Positions 1 to 9,056 of a DNA stretch of 64,000 nucleotides are shown here, piece after piece. Position numbers and translations under genes: made by a program. Source of the DNA: a virus; IMG/VR virus record IMGVR_UViG_3300021961_000037, positions 1 to 64,000 of that record. One strand, given 5' to 3'. How positions within the stretch are numbered: the stretch's first letter is position 1; each line of letters starts with the position of its first letter. The notes beneath the pieces were generated by a model. The model was not told the DNA's origin. It made no database searches and saw nothing but the letters and a program-made list of their open reading frames with translations.

Positions 1-37
1 GATCATCTCCTACATCCAACGTCGACACGGATGGGAT

Positions 38-265
38 ATGGAGATTCTGGCCGATCGACGCGAAGTCGAAGAAATGCTTTTCAAACGGTTCAGCCGGTAC
101 GACGAAGAAATGTGGGAAAAAGTCCTCAACACGGATGCTATTTCCGACCTACACCATGAGGTGTACAAACTGTCCCAAACCTACATCGGTTATGCGATAG
201 ATGAAGTCTTGTCAGAGGAGGATGTTGATGGCGAAGAAGACGGGAATCACCCAGAGTTTGATTAG
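38..265 (+). CDS. Hypothetical acidic protein (probably 5'-truncated by window edge)
   Basis: Frame is open back to the window start; converges on the 262-525 gene. Confidence 0.5.
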   Translation: MEILADRREVEEMLFKRFSRYDEEMWEKVLNTDAISDLHHEVYKLSQTYIGYAIDEVLSEEDVDGEEDGNHPEFD

Positions 266-525
266 TCTTCCGAATCCAAAGAATCCAGAGGGTCGCCCTC
301 AATAATCTGAAGTTTCGCCGTAAACTCGTTGTTTTCGGGGTTATCAACGGAAAGAATCTGAAGACCGAGAGCCTCAATCATCAGGTCTGCCACCTCACCC
401 ATATCTTCCTCAAATACCGCAACTTCCTCATCGGTTGTCTCGTCGTCAACCGCCAGGGAAACCATGATTTCGGTCAAAACTTCGTGGATTAGCAAACGTG
501 CTTCTGCCGGGGTTTTTGTAGCCAT
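262..525 (-). CDS. Hypothetical acidic protein (87 aa, MATKTPAEAR...)
   Basis: ATG at 525 lies 7 nt after a TAGAAT -10 box (leaderless); the track's longer start overlaps ssb. Confidence 0.65.
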   Translation of the reverse strand: MATKTPAEARLLIHEVLTEIMVSLAVDDETTDEEVAVFEEDMGEVADLMIEALGLQILSVDNPENNEFTAKLQIIEGDPLDSLDSED

Positions 526-611
526 GCTTGTGATTCTAACCAGGGTTGGGTAGTATGACCGTAAGTCCGTTCCGATTGGCGGGACGGCAAAACACACTAG
601 GAGGATCCGAA

Positions 612-1082
612 GTGTCAGCATCACCGGTAACCCTGGTCGGCAACATAACAGCCGACCCGAAGTTGGAGTTCCTTGCAAATGGAAGTGCCAAACTTTCATT
701 CAGCATCGCCTGCAACCATTATTGGACAGACCAAAGCGGCGAAAAGCAGGAGAAGACGTCGTTCTTCAACATCGTCGCATGGCGCACCCTCGCAGAAGAC
801 GGCGGTAACACGCTGGCCAAGGGAAGCAAAGTTGTTGTGACTGGTCGTCTGGAACAGCGTTCGTATGAGGATAAGGAAGGCAACAAGAAGTCGATCATCG
901 AGGTTGTCGCGGACAACATCGGTTTGTCGGTTTACGGTGTCGAGTCGTACCAGAAGAAGGAACGTTCCCAGGGAGTCCCGTCTTCCGCCACTCCGCGCGC
1001 AAAGACCGCAACCCGTCCGAGTGTTCCGATGAAGAAGGTTCCCGCCCAGCAGACGTTGGCTGAAGAGGAAGAGCCGTTCTGA
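612..1082 (+). CDS. ssb: Single-stranded DNA-binding protein
   Basis: VTLVGNITADP...AW...KGSKVVVTGRLEQRSY OB-fold motifs, acidic C-terminal EEEPF; AGGAGG RBS before GTG 612. Confidence 0.95.
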   Translation: MSASPVTLVGNITADPKLEFLANGSAKLSFSIACNHYWTDQSGEKQEKTSFFNIVAWRTLAEDGGNTLAKGSKVVVTGRLEQRSYEDKEGNKKSIIEVVADNIGLSVYGVESYQKKERSQGVPSSATPRAKTATRPSVPMKKVPAQQTLAEEEEPF

Positions 1083-1213
1083 TGTCGTTCATGCTGGATT
1101 ATGGCGACGACCAGCCTGAGGAAAACGACGACTGGTTTAGTGAAGCAAAGCAGAGGTGGGCTGTTGTTGCCATCTTTGTGGTGGCAATCGTTATTGTTCT
1201 TCGCTTCGTCTGA
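1082..1213 (+). CDS. Small membrane protein (43 aa, MSFMLDYGDDQPEENDDWFSEAKQRWAVVAIFVVAIVIVLRFV)
   Basis: Hand-translated; TGATG overlap with ssb stop; C-terminal hydrophobic helix; below track length cut-off. Confidence 0.6.
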   Translation: MSFMLDYGDDQPEENDDWFSEAKQRWAVVAIFVVAIVIVLRFV

Positions 1214-1231
1214 CCAACAGGTGAAAGGAGA

Positions 1232-1276
1232 AAGCCCCCCGATAAACGCATCCCGTGAGATGCTTCGGGGGACTTC
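1232..1276. terminator. Probable bidirectional terminator between convergent genes
   Basis: Nested stem CCCCCGA/TCGGGGG with inner GCATC/GATGC. Confidence 0.55.
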
Positions 1277-1279
1277 TTC

Positions 1280-1684
1280 TTATTTGATTACTTGAACTTG
1301 CATCGGTTGTGATGCAATCTTGTCTCGCAACTGTGCGAGTTCTGCGTTCATCGCAGGTTTGTTGTTCATTGAGTGTGCGTAGTTTGCGAACTCCGGTTCA
1401 AAGAACATTTCGTGCAAGTCAAGGTGATCGCCTTCTTCGTCGGTTGCACCGCAGATTACGATGTCGCCAACGAGGAGTTGGTTGAAGATTGCGCTCACGC
1501 ACGCATTGGGGTCTAACTTGTCAATGAGTCCTGTGTCGTGTACGTATGCGGAGATGTTCATGTCTGGTTGACGGACAACATCGAACCATCCACCAACGAC
1601 TTCCCAGATTTTTTCACCCGCCTTGTCGCCAAGTTCAATGGGTTCTGTTTTGCCGTTTGCCCTGACAACGATTGCTTTGCTCAT
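1280..1684 (-). CDS. Hypothetical protein, DUF3846-like
   Basis: VGGW...G....LDPN......LVGDIVICG...EEGD pattern. Confidence 0.6.
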   Translation of the reverse strand: MSKAIVVRANGKTEPIELGDKAGEKIWEVVGGWFDVVRQPDMNISAYVHDTGLIDKLDPNACVSAIFNQLLVGDIVICGATDEEGDHLDLHEMFFEPEFANYAHSMNNKPAMNAELAQLRDKIASQPMQVQVIK

Positions 1685-1774
1685 GTTTGCTCCTAGTTGA
1701 TAAGTAGGTTTATTGTTCTGATTATCTGGAAGATGATTGCGATTATGGATACCGCAAGCATCGTGTAGAAGATT

Positions 1775-2074
1775 TTACGCATTGGGTGTAACAGACTTAG
1801 AGAACTCAACGTCAAGGTTGAGTTGCCCGTCGGGTGCGTAGAACTCTTGGTATCCACGCTTCACTTTGGGGTTGCGTAGTGCCACGAAGTTCACCCGAAG
1901 GTTCATGGGTAGGGTTGCGACCCAATCGCATGCTTCTTTGCCGTTCATGAACGGCCCGTACAACTTGTCTCCGTGCATGCCTGGTTGCGGAACTCGTGCG
2001 ATGAGAACAGTATTTGGGTACTGTGCTTCCATTTGTGCACGGAACTCGTCGAAGGTTGGTTGGTTTTCAGACAT
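1775..2074 (-). CDS. Hypothetical protein
   Basis: ORF overlapping the stop of the upstream phosphoesterase gene. Confidence 0.6.
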   Translation of the reverse strand: MSENQPTFDEFRAQMEAQYPNTVLIARVPQPGMHGDKLYGPFMNGKEACDWVATLPMNLRVNFVALRNPKVKRGYQEFYAPDGQLNLDVEFSKSVTPNA

Positions 2075-2792
2075 CGTAAATCAAAATGCTTTCTTGACCC
2101 ATCCCGTCTCTACCGAGGACGTTTACCTCGGTTTCGCCGATGTGCCATGTTGCTCGTGTGTGATGGTGACCACATACTACGACATCCGGTTGAACTTTGT
2201 CAACGATTTCGCTGACTAGTGCGCGTTGTGAGACGCTTACTGGGATGTCGTCTTTGTATGAGATTTCTTTGCCGAGTGGTGCCTCGTGGGTGACGAGGAT
2301 GTCTACATGCTGGTCGGTGAGAAGGTCAACATGGTATGGGTTGATTAGTTCACCTCTCCACCATGACATGCCTTCTTCTCGTTGTTTCCAGTCAACGCTG
2401 TACGCACCGCCGTATCCCATGAAGGTTGTGTCGCCGATCTTGAAACGACATCCACGAGGTATCCATCGCACCCACTTATTGGGGGTGTCAATCGGTTCGT
2501 TGTCTCCGTGTTCTTCTTTGAGTTCGTGGAGAATGTCGTGGTTTTCATGGTTGCCGTCTACCCACAGGATGTGGATGTTGTGCTGTTCTGCCATGCGTGC
2601 GACGTTGTTTACGAACTTGCGTCCACGAGGAAGGTGTACCCAGTATCCGAAGTCACCACACGCAATGATGTGTGTGCAGTCAGACTTGTGTGCGGTTTCA
2701 ATGACCCATTGTGCGTGGTCAATGTCTCCGTGTATGTCTCCTGCGAAGAGAACTCGTTGGTTCTCTTGTATTGGGTTGTGTAGTTTCTTCAT
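2067..2792 (-). CDS. Calcineurin-like metallophosphoesterase
   Basis: GDIHG, GDFG, GNHE, THEAP, GHHH motifs; leaderless ATG at 2792. Confidence 0.9.
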   Translation of the reverse strand: MKKLHNPIQENQRVLFAGDIHGDIDHAQWVIETAHKSDCTHIIACGDFGYWVHLPRGRKFVNNVARMAEQHNIHILWVDGNHENHDILHELKEEHGDNEPIDTPNKWVRWIPRGCRFKIGDTTFMGYGGAYSVDWKQREEGMSWWRGELINPYHVDLLTDQHVDILVTHEAPLGKEISYKDDIPVSVSQRALVSEIVDKVQPDVVVCGHHHTRATWHIGETEVNVLGRDGMGQESILIYDV

Positions 2793-2799
2793 AGGTATC

Positions 2800-2828
2800 A
2801 TTTTATCGGCTCCACAGATAAATGTCAA
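2800..2828 (-). promoter_or_regulatory. SigA-type promoter, leaderless
   Basis: TTGACA-17nt-TAAAAT-7nt-ATG. Confidence 0.75.
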
Positions 2829-2898
2829 CCTATCCCCAAAGAGTGTAAGGGGAGCCTAACTACCCGCCAGAGCAAGCAAATACGGCTAATCTTGACAC

Positions 2899-3321
2899 AT
2901 GGCAACAAATCTCACAGACAAAATCATCGCCACCCAAATACCCGAAGAAATCATTGCCCTCATCGTCGCCGTCGGATCAGACAAAACAATCGACAAAAAC
3001 AACCAGGAAGTCAAAGAACTCCTGCCACATCCGGCAGTCGTACGTGCAGTAATGGCAGAAGCGGGACTCGCAGCAGCATCACCGGCACAAGACCTCGACC
3101 AGGCTGACGCGTGGATCCGGGAACAACGCGACTGGCAAACACGTGCAATGCTCGTGCAAGCCCAACTCCAAGAACAGTTCCCCTTCACCAAAGAACAAGC
3201 AACAAAAGGAAACCTTCCCGTTTGGGCAGTAGAACCGTGGGCAACCAAACTCCTTTACCAATGGGCAGACGGACTGCAAGAAGCAGTACTTCAAGCCGAA
3301 ACATTCCTCCTCAACAAATAA
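2899..3321 (+). CDS. Hypothetical protein
   Basis: ORF; TAATCT-6nt-ATG leaderless start. Confidence 0.65.
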   Translation: MATNLTDKIIATQIPEEIIALIVAVGSDKTIDKNNQEVKELLPHPAVVRAVMAEAGLAAASPAQDLDQADAWIREQRDWQTRAMLVQAQLQEQFPFTKEQATKGNLPVWAVEPWATKLLYQWADGLQEAVLQAETFLLNK

Positions 3322-3331
3322 GGCGACAAAC

Positions 3332-3694
3332 ATGAGTGACTTCCCGGAAGACAACATCGAAGCAGCAATGGATCGAGTAGCAGAATCAATAGTCCCGACT
3401 CGATCGAAAAACACCGGCACGGCAAAAGGCGAAACGGCCCAAAGCCAAATCCTGATACGTGCATCTTCAGAGGATCACGAGTTAATCAAGAAAGCCGCAG
3501 CCTTCCTCGGAATCTCAATGTCGGAGTTCGTCCGAAAGACAGCAGTTGAGAAATCCCGTGAACTTATTGAGTGCCAACACCCTCGGTCACACAGAAAGTC
3601 ATACCCGTGGAGCGAAGTCTGCCTCAAGTGCGGTCAACGACTCAGGGACGGCGACGGTCATACATACATGACAGCCAAAACAAAAAAGAAGTGA
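3332..3694 (+). CDS. Ribbon-helix-helix (DUF1778/TacA-like) DNA-binding protein with C-terminal Cys/His finger
   Basis: QILIRASSEDHELIKKAAAFLGISMSEFVR; C-x-H...CxxC tail. Confidence 0.7.
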   Translation: MSDFPEDNIEAAMDRVAESIVPTRSKNTGTAKGETAQSQILIRASSEDHELIKKAAAFLGISMSEFVRKTAVEKSRELIECQHPRSHRKSYPWSEVCLKCGQRLRDGDGHTYMTAKTKKK

Positions 3695-4050
3695 AGAAGC
3701 AGAGAAAACCACTAAAAAGAACACCCCTCAAACGGTCGAGCAAACGGATCAACCAACGTTCAGCGAAACGCGAGAAACTGTACGAATCCCGGAGGCCGTT
3801 CGTGGCGGGACTTCTGGCGGAGTTCCCCTGGTGTCAAGCCTGCCCGGTGTTTGCCGGACACGACGGAAAAATCACATTCGTTCGACGCAAAGCAGTTGAC
3901 GTACACGAGTTGATTCGCAGGTCTCAAGGGGGAAGCATCTTGGACAGGGAGAACTGCATCACCGTATGCCGTCCTTGCCACAGGCGCATCGGAGAGCACC
4001 CACAGTTGGCTGTTGACCTCGGTTTGGCGAAACGGTCGTGGGACAAATGA
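3691..4050 (+). CDS. HNH endonuclease
   Basis: CQAC...DVHE..RRSQGG....N...VCRPCH; GTG start overlapping upstream stop (GTGA). Confidence 0.85.
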   Translation: MKKQRKPLKRTPLKRSSKRINQRSAKREKLYESRRPFVAGLLAEFPWCQACPVFAGHDGKITFVRRKAVDVHELIRRSQGGSILDRENCITVCRPCHRRIGEHPQLAVDLGLAKRSWDK

Positions 4051-4562
4051 ACACGATGGGGTTGGACTTATCCCTCACATCTACAGGTGTGTCTATCGGA
4101 GGGGTCACTCAAAGTATCCAATCGGATACCCGTGGCGTTCACCGGCTGCAGCACATCAGAAATCGAATAATCGAACTTGTTGTCGAACATCAGATCACAT
4201 TGGCCGCTGTCGAAGGTTACTCTTATGCGTCCCGCCACTCGCAAGCACATTCGCTTGGCGAACTCGGCGGCGTCATCCGGCTGGCCCTGTTCGAGAACGA
4301 CGTAACATTCATCGTCATTCCCCCTACATCCAGAGCGAAGTTCGCTACAGGTAAAGGAAACGCAGGCAAACCCGAGGTGTTGTCAGCGATTTCCGCTAAA
4401 ACAGGCATCGTTTGGGCTGGTGGCGACGGGTCGGACAGATGCGACGCCTGGGTTATGGAGCAAATGCTTCTTGTAAAACTGGGGCAAAGCAGTTACGATT
4501 GGTCGAAAGAGCAACTCGATGCTCTCGACAAGGTGGACTGGACGGGACTCACAGATGGCTAG
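4047..4562 (+). CDS. ruvC: RuvC-like Holliday junction resolvase
   Basis: GLDLSLTSTG, AVEGY, LGELGGV, ATGKGNA.K, DRCDA catalytic motifs. Confidence 0.88.
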   Translation: MNTMGLDLSLTSTGVSIGGVTQSIQSDTRGVHRLQHIRNRIIELVVEHQITLAAVEGYSYASRHSQAHSLGELGGVIRLALFENDVTFIVIPPTSRAKFATGKGNAGKPEVLSAISAKTGIVWAGGDGSDRCDAWVMEQMLLVKLGQSSYDWSKEQLDALDKVDWTGLTDG

Positions 4563-4899
4563 ATTGCAACCAATCTCACAAATCGAAATTGAATCAGAAA
4601 TAATGCGACTTATGGGGATGCTCGAAGAGGAAACCGAAGCATTCGAAACGTTGGCTACAGACTGCGCCAAAAAGGAGGCGTTGATGAAGGCGAACTGGGC
4701 TAAGGAATACCTGTCTGCGAAGGGCTCCATCAAGGAACGGGAAGCGTGGGCTGACTACAAACTGTCAGACGAAGCCTACGCATACAAGATTGCCGAAGCA
4801 CTCGTCAAAGCCAAACGAGAAAAGTTGCTTTCCGTCCGCACATCACTTGACGCACTCCGGACATTGAACGCGAACGTACGTGTGCAGGTGAACCCGTGA
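4555..4899 (+). CDS. Hypothetical helical protein
   Basis: Coupled ORF MARLQPISQ...; coiled-coil character. Confidence 0.65.
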   Translation: MARLQPISQIEIESEIMRLMGMLEEETEAFETLATDCAKKEALMKANWAKEYLSAKGSIKEREAWADYKLSDEAYAYKIAEALVKAKREKLLSVRTSLDALRTLNANVRVQVNP

Positions 4900-5660
4900 G
4901 CAACATCCACGAATCAATCCGGCATCTGGCCACCCCTATCGACAAGTTAGTCCCGCTTCCCGGCAATCCCCGGAAGGGCGCAGTCGAAGCAATCATGGCT
5001 TCGTACCGGGAGTTCGGCCAAGTGAAACCTGTCGTAGTGAAAGCGAACGATGATGGCACCTCAACGGTTATTGCTGGCAACCATCAAGTTGAAGCGTGCA
5101 GACGGCTCGGCTGGACAGAGGTGGCGGTCGTACAGTTCGCTGGTAGCGACGTGGACGCAATCGCATTCGCTCTCGCAGACAACAGGACAACAGAACTCGG
5201 CACAACAGACAACACTCTTCTCTTTGAAATGATTGACATGGCTGAAGAGCACATGGAACTGTTTGAATCACTCGGCTGGGACGACTTTGAGTTCGCCTCC
5301 ATGGAAGACAACTACACATCCACAGACGACGGCACATACACCCCGCCTGTGATGCAGACAATAGACACAGCACCTGTCGCACCACAACCATCACCCGTAG
5401 TCACCCGTGACGCTGACGGCGAAACCACCCTCTCAGCACCTGAATCAGTTGACACAAACACAGCAGTCACACAAGGCGCACCTGCAGTAGTCAACAACCC
5501 CTCAAAAGCGGTAGTCCAATACACGCTTGTATTTGACTCAGCAGAGCAGCAACGCAAATGGTATGACTTCATACGCTGGCTGAAAGCAGACGCAGGCTAT
5601 GACGGCAACACCACCGCTGAACGGCTACTCAACTTCCTAGACAGTCACGCAAACTATTGA
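4896..5660 (+). CDS. ParB/Srx-like N-terminal domain protein
   Basis: NPRKG...SYREFGQVKPVVV...IAGNH..EA..LGW...ALADNRT. Confidence 0.85.
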   Translation: MSNIHESIRHLATPIDKLVPLPGNPRKGAVEAIMASYREFGQVKPVVVKANDDGTSTVIAGNHQVEACRRLGWTEVAVVQFAGSDVDAIAFALADNRTTELGTTDNTLLFEMIDMAEEHMELFESLGWDDFEFASMEDNYTSTDDGTYTPPVMQTIDTAPVAPQPSPVVTRDADGETTLSAPESVDTNTAVTQGAPAVVNNPSKAVVQYTLVFDSAEQQRKWYDFIRWLKADAGYDGNTTAERLLNFLDSHANY

Positions 5661-5685
5661 CATCCGTACACCCCCAAAGTAATAT
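5657..5685 (+). promoter_or_regulatory. SigA-type promoter, leaderless
   Basis: TTGACA-17nt-TAATAT-6nt-ATG(5692). Confidence 0.75.
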
Positions 5686-5691
5686 GAGGGT

Positions 5692-5952
5692 ATGGCAAAC
5701 AACGACTACTACTGGTCAGGCGCATTCGACTGCAAAGACTGCGGAATCCACACAGGCGAAGCACACGAGTACTACATGGTCAACAACGACCTATGGAAAC
5801 AACACGGCACAGAACAAGGAATGCTATGCATCGGATGTCTAGAAAACCGGATGCAACGACAACTCACAGCAGACGACTTCACAGACTGCGCACTCAACAA
5901 CGGAATCTACGGTCAATCACCACGACTACAACAACGACTAGGGCACCCATAA
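5692..5952 (+). CDS. Small Zn-binding hypothetical protein
   Basis: CKDC...YYMV..DLW...LCIGCLE.R..R.L..DDF. Confidence 0.75.
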   Translation: MANNDYYWSGAFDCKDCGIHTGEAHEYYMVNNDLWKQHGTEQGMLCIGCLENRMQRQLTADDFTDCALNNGIYGQSPRLQQRLGHP

Positions 5953-5992
5953 ACCACCCGTAAGCCTCAAAACGAGGCAACACAACAATCAA

Positions 5993-6547
5993 CTAATCGT
6001 TCTCAGGGAAAACCTGCACAGGTGCAACCTTACAAAAAGTCACATACGAATCAAGAATCGCCTTCACCAAACCACCAATCCTCTCACCAGACTCAACAAC
6101 AGTCTCACTAGGGTCAAAGAACACAGGATGACCAACATCATCCAACTTATACTGCACAACCTTCACCCGTGACTCACCCGACCACGACATCGTAAACACA
6201 CACAACGCCTCAACAACATCAGTAAACGGATTAGACGCAAACTCCCTCGCCAAATCCCCACGCACATACTCACCAACACCATCAACAGGACGCTCACGAA
6301 AATACACGTCAGTCACAAACGACAACGAATCAAACCTCTTCACCCCAGACCGATACGCCAAACGCAACGCCTCAGGAAGATTCTCAACAGGATTACCATC
6401 CAAACCAGACTGCAAACCAACCATCTCATCACCATGCTCAAACACAAGAAACGACTTCAAATCAGACGAAACAGAATCCTTACAAGACTCCAACTTCATC
6501 GCCTTCGCCACACCACAAACACGCTCAACAGTCACATCAATATCCAT
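5993..6547 (-). CDS. Hypothetical protein (apparent distant paralog of 14772-15407)
   Basis: ORF with own promoter; shared sequence blocks. Confidence 0.7.
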   Translation of the reverse strand: MDIDVTVERVCGVAKAMKLESCKDSVSSDLKSFLVFEHGDEMVGLQSGLDGNPVENLPEALRLAYRSGVKRFDSLSFVTDVYFRERPVDGVGEYVRGDLAREFASNPFTDVVEALCVFTMSWSGESRVKVVQYKLDDVGHPVFFDPSETVVESGERIGGLVKAILDSYVTFCKVAPVQVFPEND

Positions 6548-6553
6548 AAAAAC

Positions 6554-6582
6554 AGTCTACAAAAAGAAACCTAACCTGTCAA
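6554..6582 (-). promoter_or_regulatory. SigA-type promoter, leaderless
   Basis: TTGACA-17nt-TAGACT-6nt-ATG(6547). Confidence 0.75.
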
Positions 6583-6631
6583 CCCCCACCACCACAAACA
6601 CCCCCCCCACCCAACCAAAACCAGAAACCAT

Positions 6632-6660
6632 CGACAACAAGCAGCGACAACAAGCAGCGA
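6632..6660. repeat. 13-bp tandem repeat CGACAACAAGCAG x2.2
   Basis: Seen directly; next to the skew switch point. Confidence 0.8.
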
Positions 6661-6693
6661 AATAAACGGGACTGCAACCCCTGGAACCGGAGA

Positions 6694-6909
6694 TCAGGCC
6701 GTGGGCGGTACTGCGCTATTTTTTGGGGGTGTTGGTTTTGTTTTAGTTTTTCTGTTTGGGGTGGTGAGTTTGTCTGCTTGTTTGATTGCTGTGTCGAGGA
6801 TTTTTTGGGCTTGTTCTAGTTGTTTGATTTCTTTGGTGAGTTGGGTGATTTCTTTGTCTAGTTGTTTGATTTCTTTTGTGATTTGGGTGATGTCGGTGTT
6901 TGTTGTCAT
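6694..6909 (-). CDS. Small coiled-coil protein
   Basis: Heptad repeat ITQITKEIKQL/ITQLTKEIKQL; TAGCAT-6nt-ATG. Confidence 0.55.
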   Translation of the reverse strand: MTTNTDITQITKEIKQLDKEITQLTKEIKQLEQAQKILDTAIKQADKLTTPNRKTKTKPTPPKNSAVPPTA

Positions 6910-7012
6910 GGGTTGATGCTAGTTGGTGTTTTGTTGTTTTGGGTGGTTTGGGGTGGGTGTTTTTTGTGGGTGTGTTGTGTTTGGTTTAGTTTATCTAGGT
7001 GGGGAGGGGTGA

Positions 7013-7288
7013 GTGATTGCCCGCCGTTTTAAAAATTTTTTTTGGGGTCTTGTTGTCGGTACGCTTTTGGTTATGCCGTTTAAGGATGTTGCGCGTAGGC
7101 GGGAGTGGGAGCGGGATAGGGCATGGAAGCGTCGAACGCAGGCTCGTCGTGATTATGAGCGGGAGAGGCGTAATAGGAAGCGTGTGGAGGTGTACATGTT
7201 GTTGCCTGAGCCTGAGCGTTCAAGAAGGTTGGAGGCGAATGCCCGTCGTCGTGCGTTGAATATGCGTTGGGGTGGGCGAGATTGTTAG
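7013..7288 (+). CDS. Hypothetical basic protein with N-terminal hydrophobic segment
   Basis: ORF with GGAGG upstream. Confidence 0.5.
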   Translation: MIARRFKNFFWGLVVGTLLVMPFKDVARRREWERDRAWKRRTQARRDYERERRNRKRVEVYMLLPEPERSRRLEANARRRALNMRWGGRDC

Positions 7289-7773
7289 GGCTGGTTGAGT
7301 TGGTTTATGTGGATGAGGCGTGTGTTTTGGGGGTCGTAGTCTGAGGGGGTTCCTTGTTCCCATGCGTCGGTTTGTTTTATCCATCCGTAGATGGTGACTT
7401 CTCGGAATTCGGGTGGGGTGGGTTTTGCTACGAAGAGTACGAGGTTGGGGATGTTGTTTTGGTGTTGTCTGACGGCGGCGGTTTCTCGTGTTCTGAGGCG
7501 TCGGACTTCTATGTTGGCGCCTACGTCGGCGATGTGGCGGTATTTTTGGTGTTCGGTGTGGTGCCATACGTGTCCGGACCAGTAGCGGTTTGTGTGTTTG
7601 GCTACGGCTAGTTCGCAGATGGCGGCTGCTACTAGGGCGGTTCGGTTGTCTTCTTGGAGTTGTTTGTTGCCGTAGTGGGGTGCGTCGTGTTTTCCCCAGT
7701 TTGCGGTGTATCGGCGTATGCCTATGTTGCAGGCGTGTTCGTATTCCCAGGGTTCTAGTGTGATTGTGATCAT
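7285..7773 (-). CDS. Hypothetical protein, possibly PD-(D/E)xK-like fold
   Basis: Protein-like part begins MITITLEPWEY; CELAVAK...ADVG.NIEVR...GW pattern; ATGA overlap with upstream gene. Confidence 0.7.
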   Translation of the reverse strand: MITITLEPWEYEHACNIGIRRYTANWGKHDAPHYGNKQLQEDNRTALVAAAICELAVAKHTNRYWSGHVWHHTEHQKYRHIADVGANIEVRRLRTRETAAVRQHQNNIPNLVLFVAKPTPPEFREVTIYGWIKQTDAWEQGTPSDYDPQNTRLIHINQLNQP

Positions 7774-8180
7774 TTGTGGCGTTTTTTGTGGGTTTGTGTT
7801 ACTTGGTTGATGGCGTGGAGTCCTAGTAATGTGATTTTGTATTCGAAGATTTTTCCTTGTTGTTGGCGGTGTTCGGTGTGGGGTAGGGGTTTGCGGGTGA
7901 GGTAGCCGAGTTTGTGGAGTTTGGTGCACCAGTTGCTGATTTGTCTGCTGGTGTAGCGGTGTTCTTGGAATTTGCGGTAGTCGTTGATGGGGAACCATTC
8001 TTGGTTGGTCATTCTGGAGCGCATGGAGGCGTAGCAGAGGACGGTGTAGGTGCCTTTTCCGTAGGCGACGAAGGTGGAGGGGTGGGTTAGTGGGGTTTTG
8101 GGTTGTGTGTTTTTGGGTTGTGTCTTTTTTTTGCTTTTTTTTCGTGGTTTTGGTTTTAGGGTTTCGCTGAGGTTTATCAT
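7770..8180 (-). CDS. Putative winged-helix DNA-binding protein
   Basis: ISNWCTKLHKLGYL...YKITLLG wHTH-like ending. Confidence 0.55.
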   Translation of the reverse strand: MINLSETLKPKPRKKSKKKTQPKNTQPKTPLTHPSTFVAYGKGTYTVLCYASMRSRMTNQEWFPINDYRKFQEHRYTSRQISNWCTKLHKLGYLTRKPLPHTEHRQQQGKIFEYKITLLGLHAINQVTQTHKKRHK

Positions 8181-8232
8181 GTTGGTTTGAGTGTATTGCT
8201 TTGTGGTGGGTTTTGCTACTAGTGTGGCGGTT

Positions 8233-8751
8233 ATGACTGATCATGTTTTTGAGAAATTTAATGGTGTTGTTGTTTGGGATGATGCGGCGCGTGTGGCGAC
8301 TGCGGATATTTTTGGGTATGCGTCGGGGTTTAAGCGGTCTTCTGCGGTGATTGCTGATTTGCGTTCGTTTTTGGATGCTGCGATTGGGTTGGATTTTGAT
8401 GCTGGTAATCGTACGTATGAGGCTCGTTATGGTTCGTGGCGTGAGGTTGGGGCTGTTGCGGTGTTGTTGGCGAAGAATCTTGGTGTGGTGTTGGATGTTG
8501 ATGTTGTGTCTGGGACGTTGGTTCGTAAGCAACGTGATTATGGGCATGAGAATATTCGACGGTTTGGGTCGCAGGGTTTGTTTGTGCGGTTGCATGACAA
8601 GGTTGCCCGGTTGGAGAATTTGTTGTTGTCGGGTGCTGTTCCTGAGAATGAGTCGTTGCAGGATAATGTGATGGATGTGGTTGGGTATTGTGCGATTGGG
8701 TGTATGTGGGAGGCTCGGGTATTTTTGTTGCCTTTGGATAGGGCGGCGTAG
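8233..8751 (+). CDS. Nucleotide modification associated domain 1 (DUF1599-like, MazG/dUTPase fold)
   Basis: KQRDYG.ENI..FG..G..VRLHDKVARLENL...ESLQD...D..GY; TAGTGT-7nt-ATG. Confidence 0.8.
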   Translation: MTDHVFEKFNGVVVWDDAARVATADIFGYASGFKRSSAVIADLRSFLDAAIGLDFDAGNRTYEARYGSWREVGAVAVLLAKNLGVVLDVDVVSGTLVRKQRDYGHENIRRFGSQGLFVRLHDKVARLENLLLSGAVPENESLQDNVMDVVGYCAIGCMWEARVFLLPLDRAA

Positions 8752-9002
8752 TGTCGCATCATAAGAAGAAGGCGACGAATAAGCGGACTTTGGATAGGGT
8801 TCGTTTGGCTGGTACTCCGATTGTTCCGAAGGGTTTTAAGCCGTTTGTGTTGTCTGGTATGTCATCTGAGGATGATGTTGTGGAGTTTTTGCGTAAGGGG
8901 GTTGAGGCTGGTGATAAGGATGCCGAACTTCTTTTGGATTTATTGAAAGTGTTGACAGTTAATGATTTGATTGTTGAGGGTGTTATTCGTATACAGAAAT
9001 AG
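8751..9002 (+). CDS. Hypothetical protein
   Basis: Coupled ORF. Confidence 0.55.
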   Translation: MSHHKKKATNKRTLDRVRLAGTPIVPKGFKPFVLSGMSSEDDVVEFLRKGVEAGDKDAELLLDLLKVLTVNDLIVEGVIRIQK

Positions 9003-9056
9003 GCCCTTGGTTCTGTTTAGTTTTTAGGGTTGGGGTGTGTGGGGTAAACTTGGTGG

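Noticed and set aside
1101-1295. 64-aa track ORF after ssb
   Set aside because: The alternate frame 1082-1213 is coupled to ssb and protein-like; the track ORF runs through the terminator
6632-6660. Possible CRISPR or iteron array
   Set aside because: Only two adjacent 13-bp copies with no spacers; no CRISPR array seen anywhere in the window
7774-8595. N-terminal 270 aa of the 436-aa ORF 7285-8595
   Set aside because: H/Q/T/K-rich artefact of extreme G/T skew overlapping two better genes; real start at 7773
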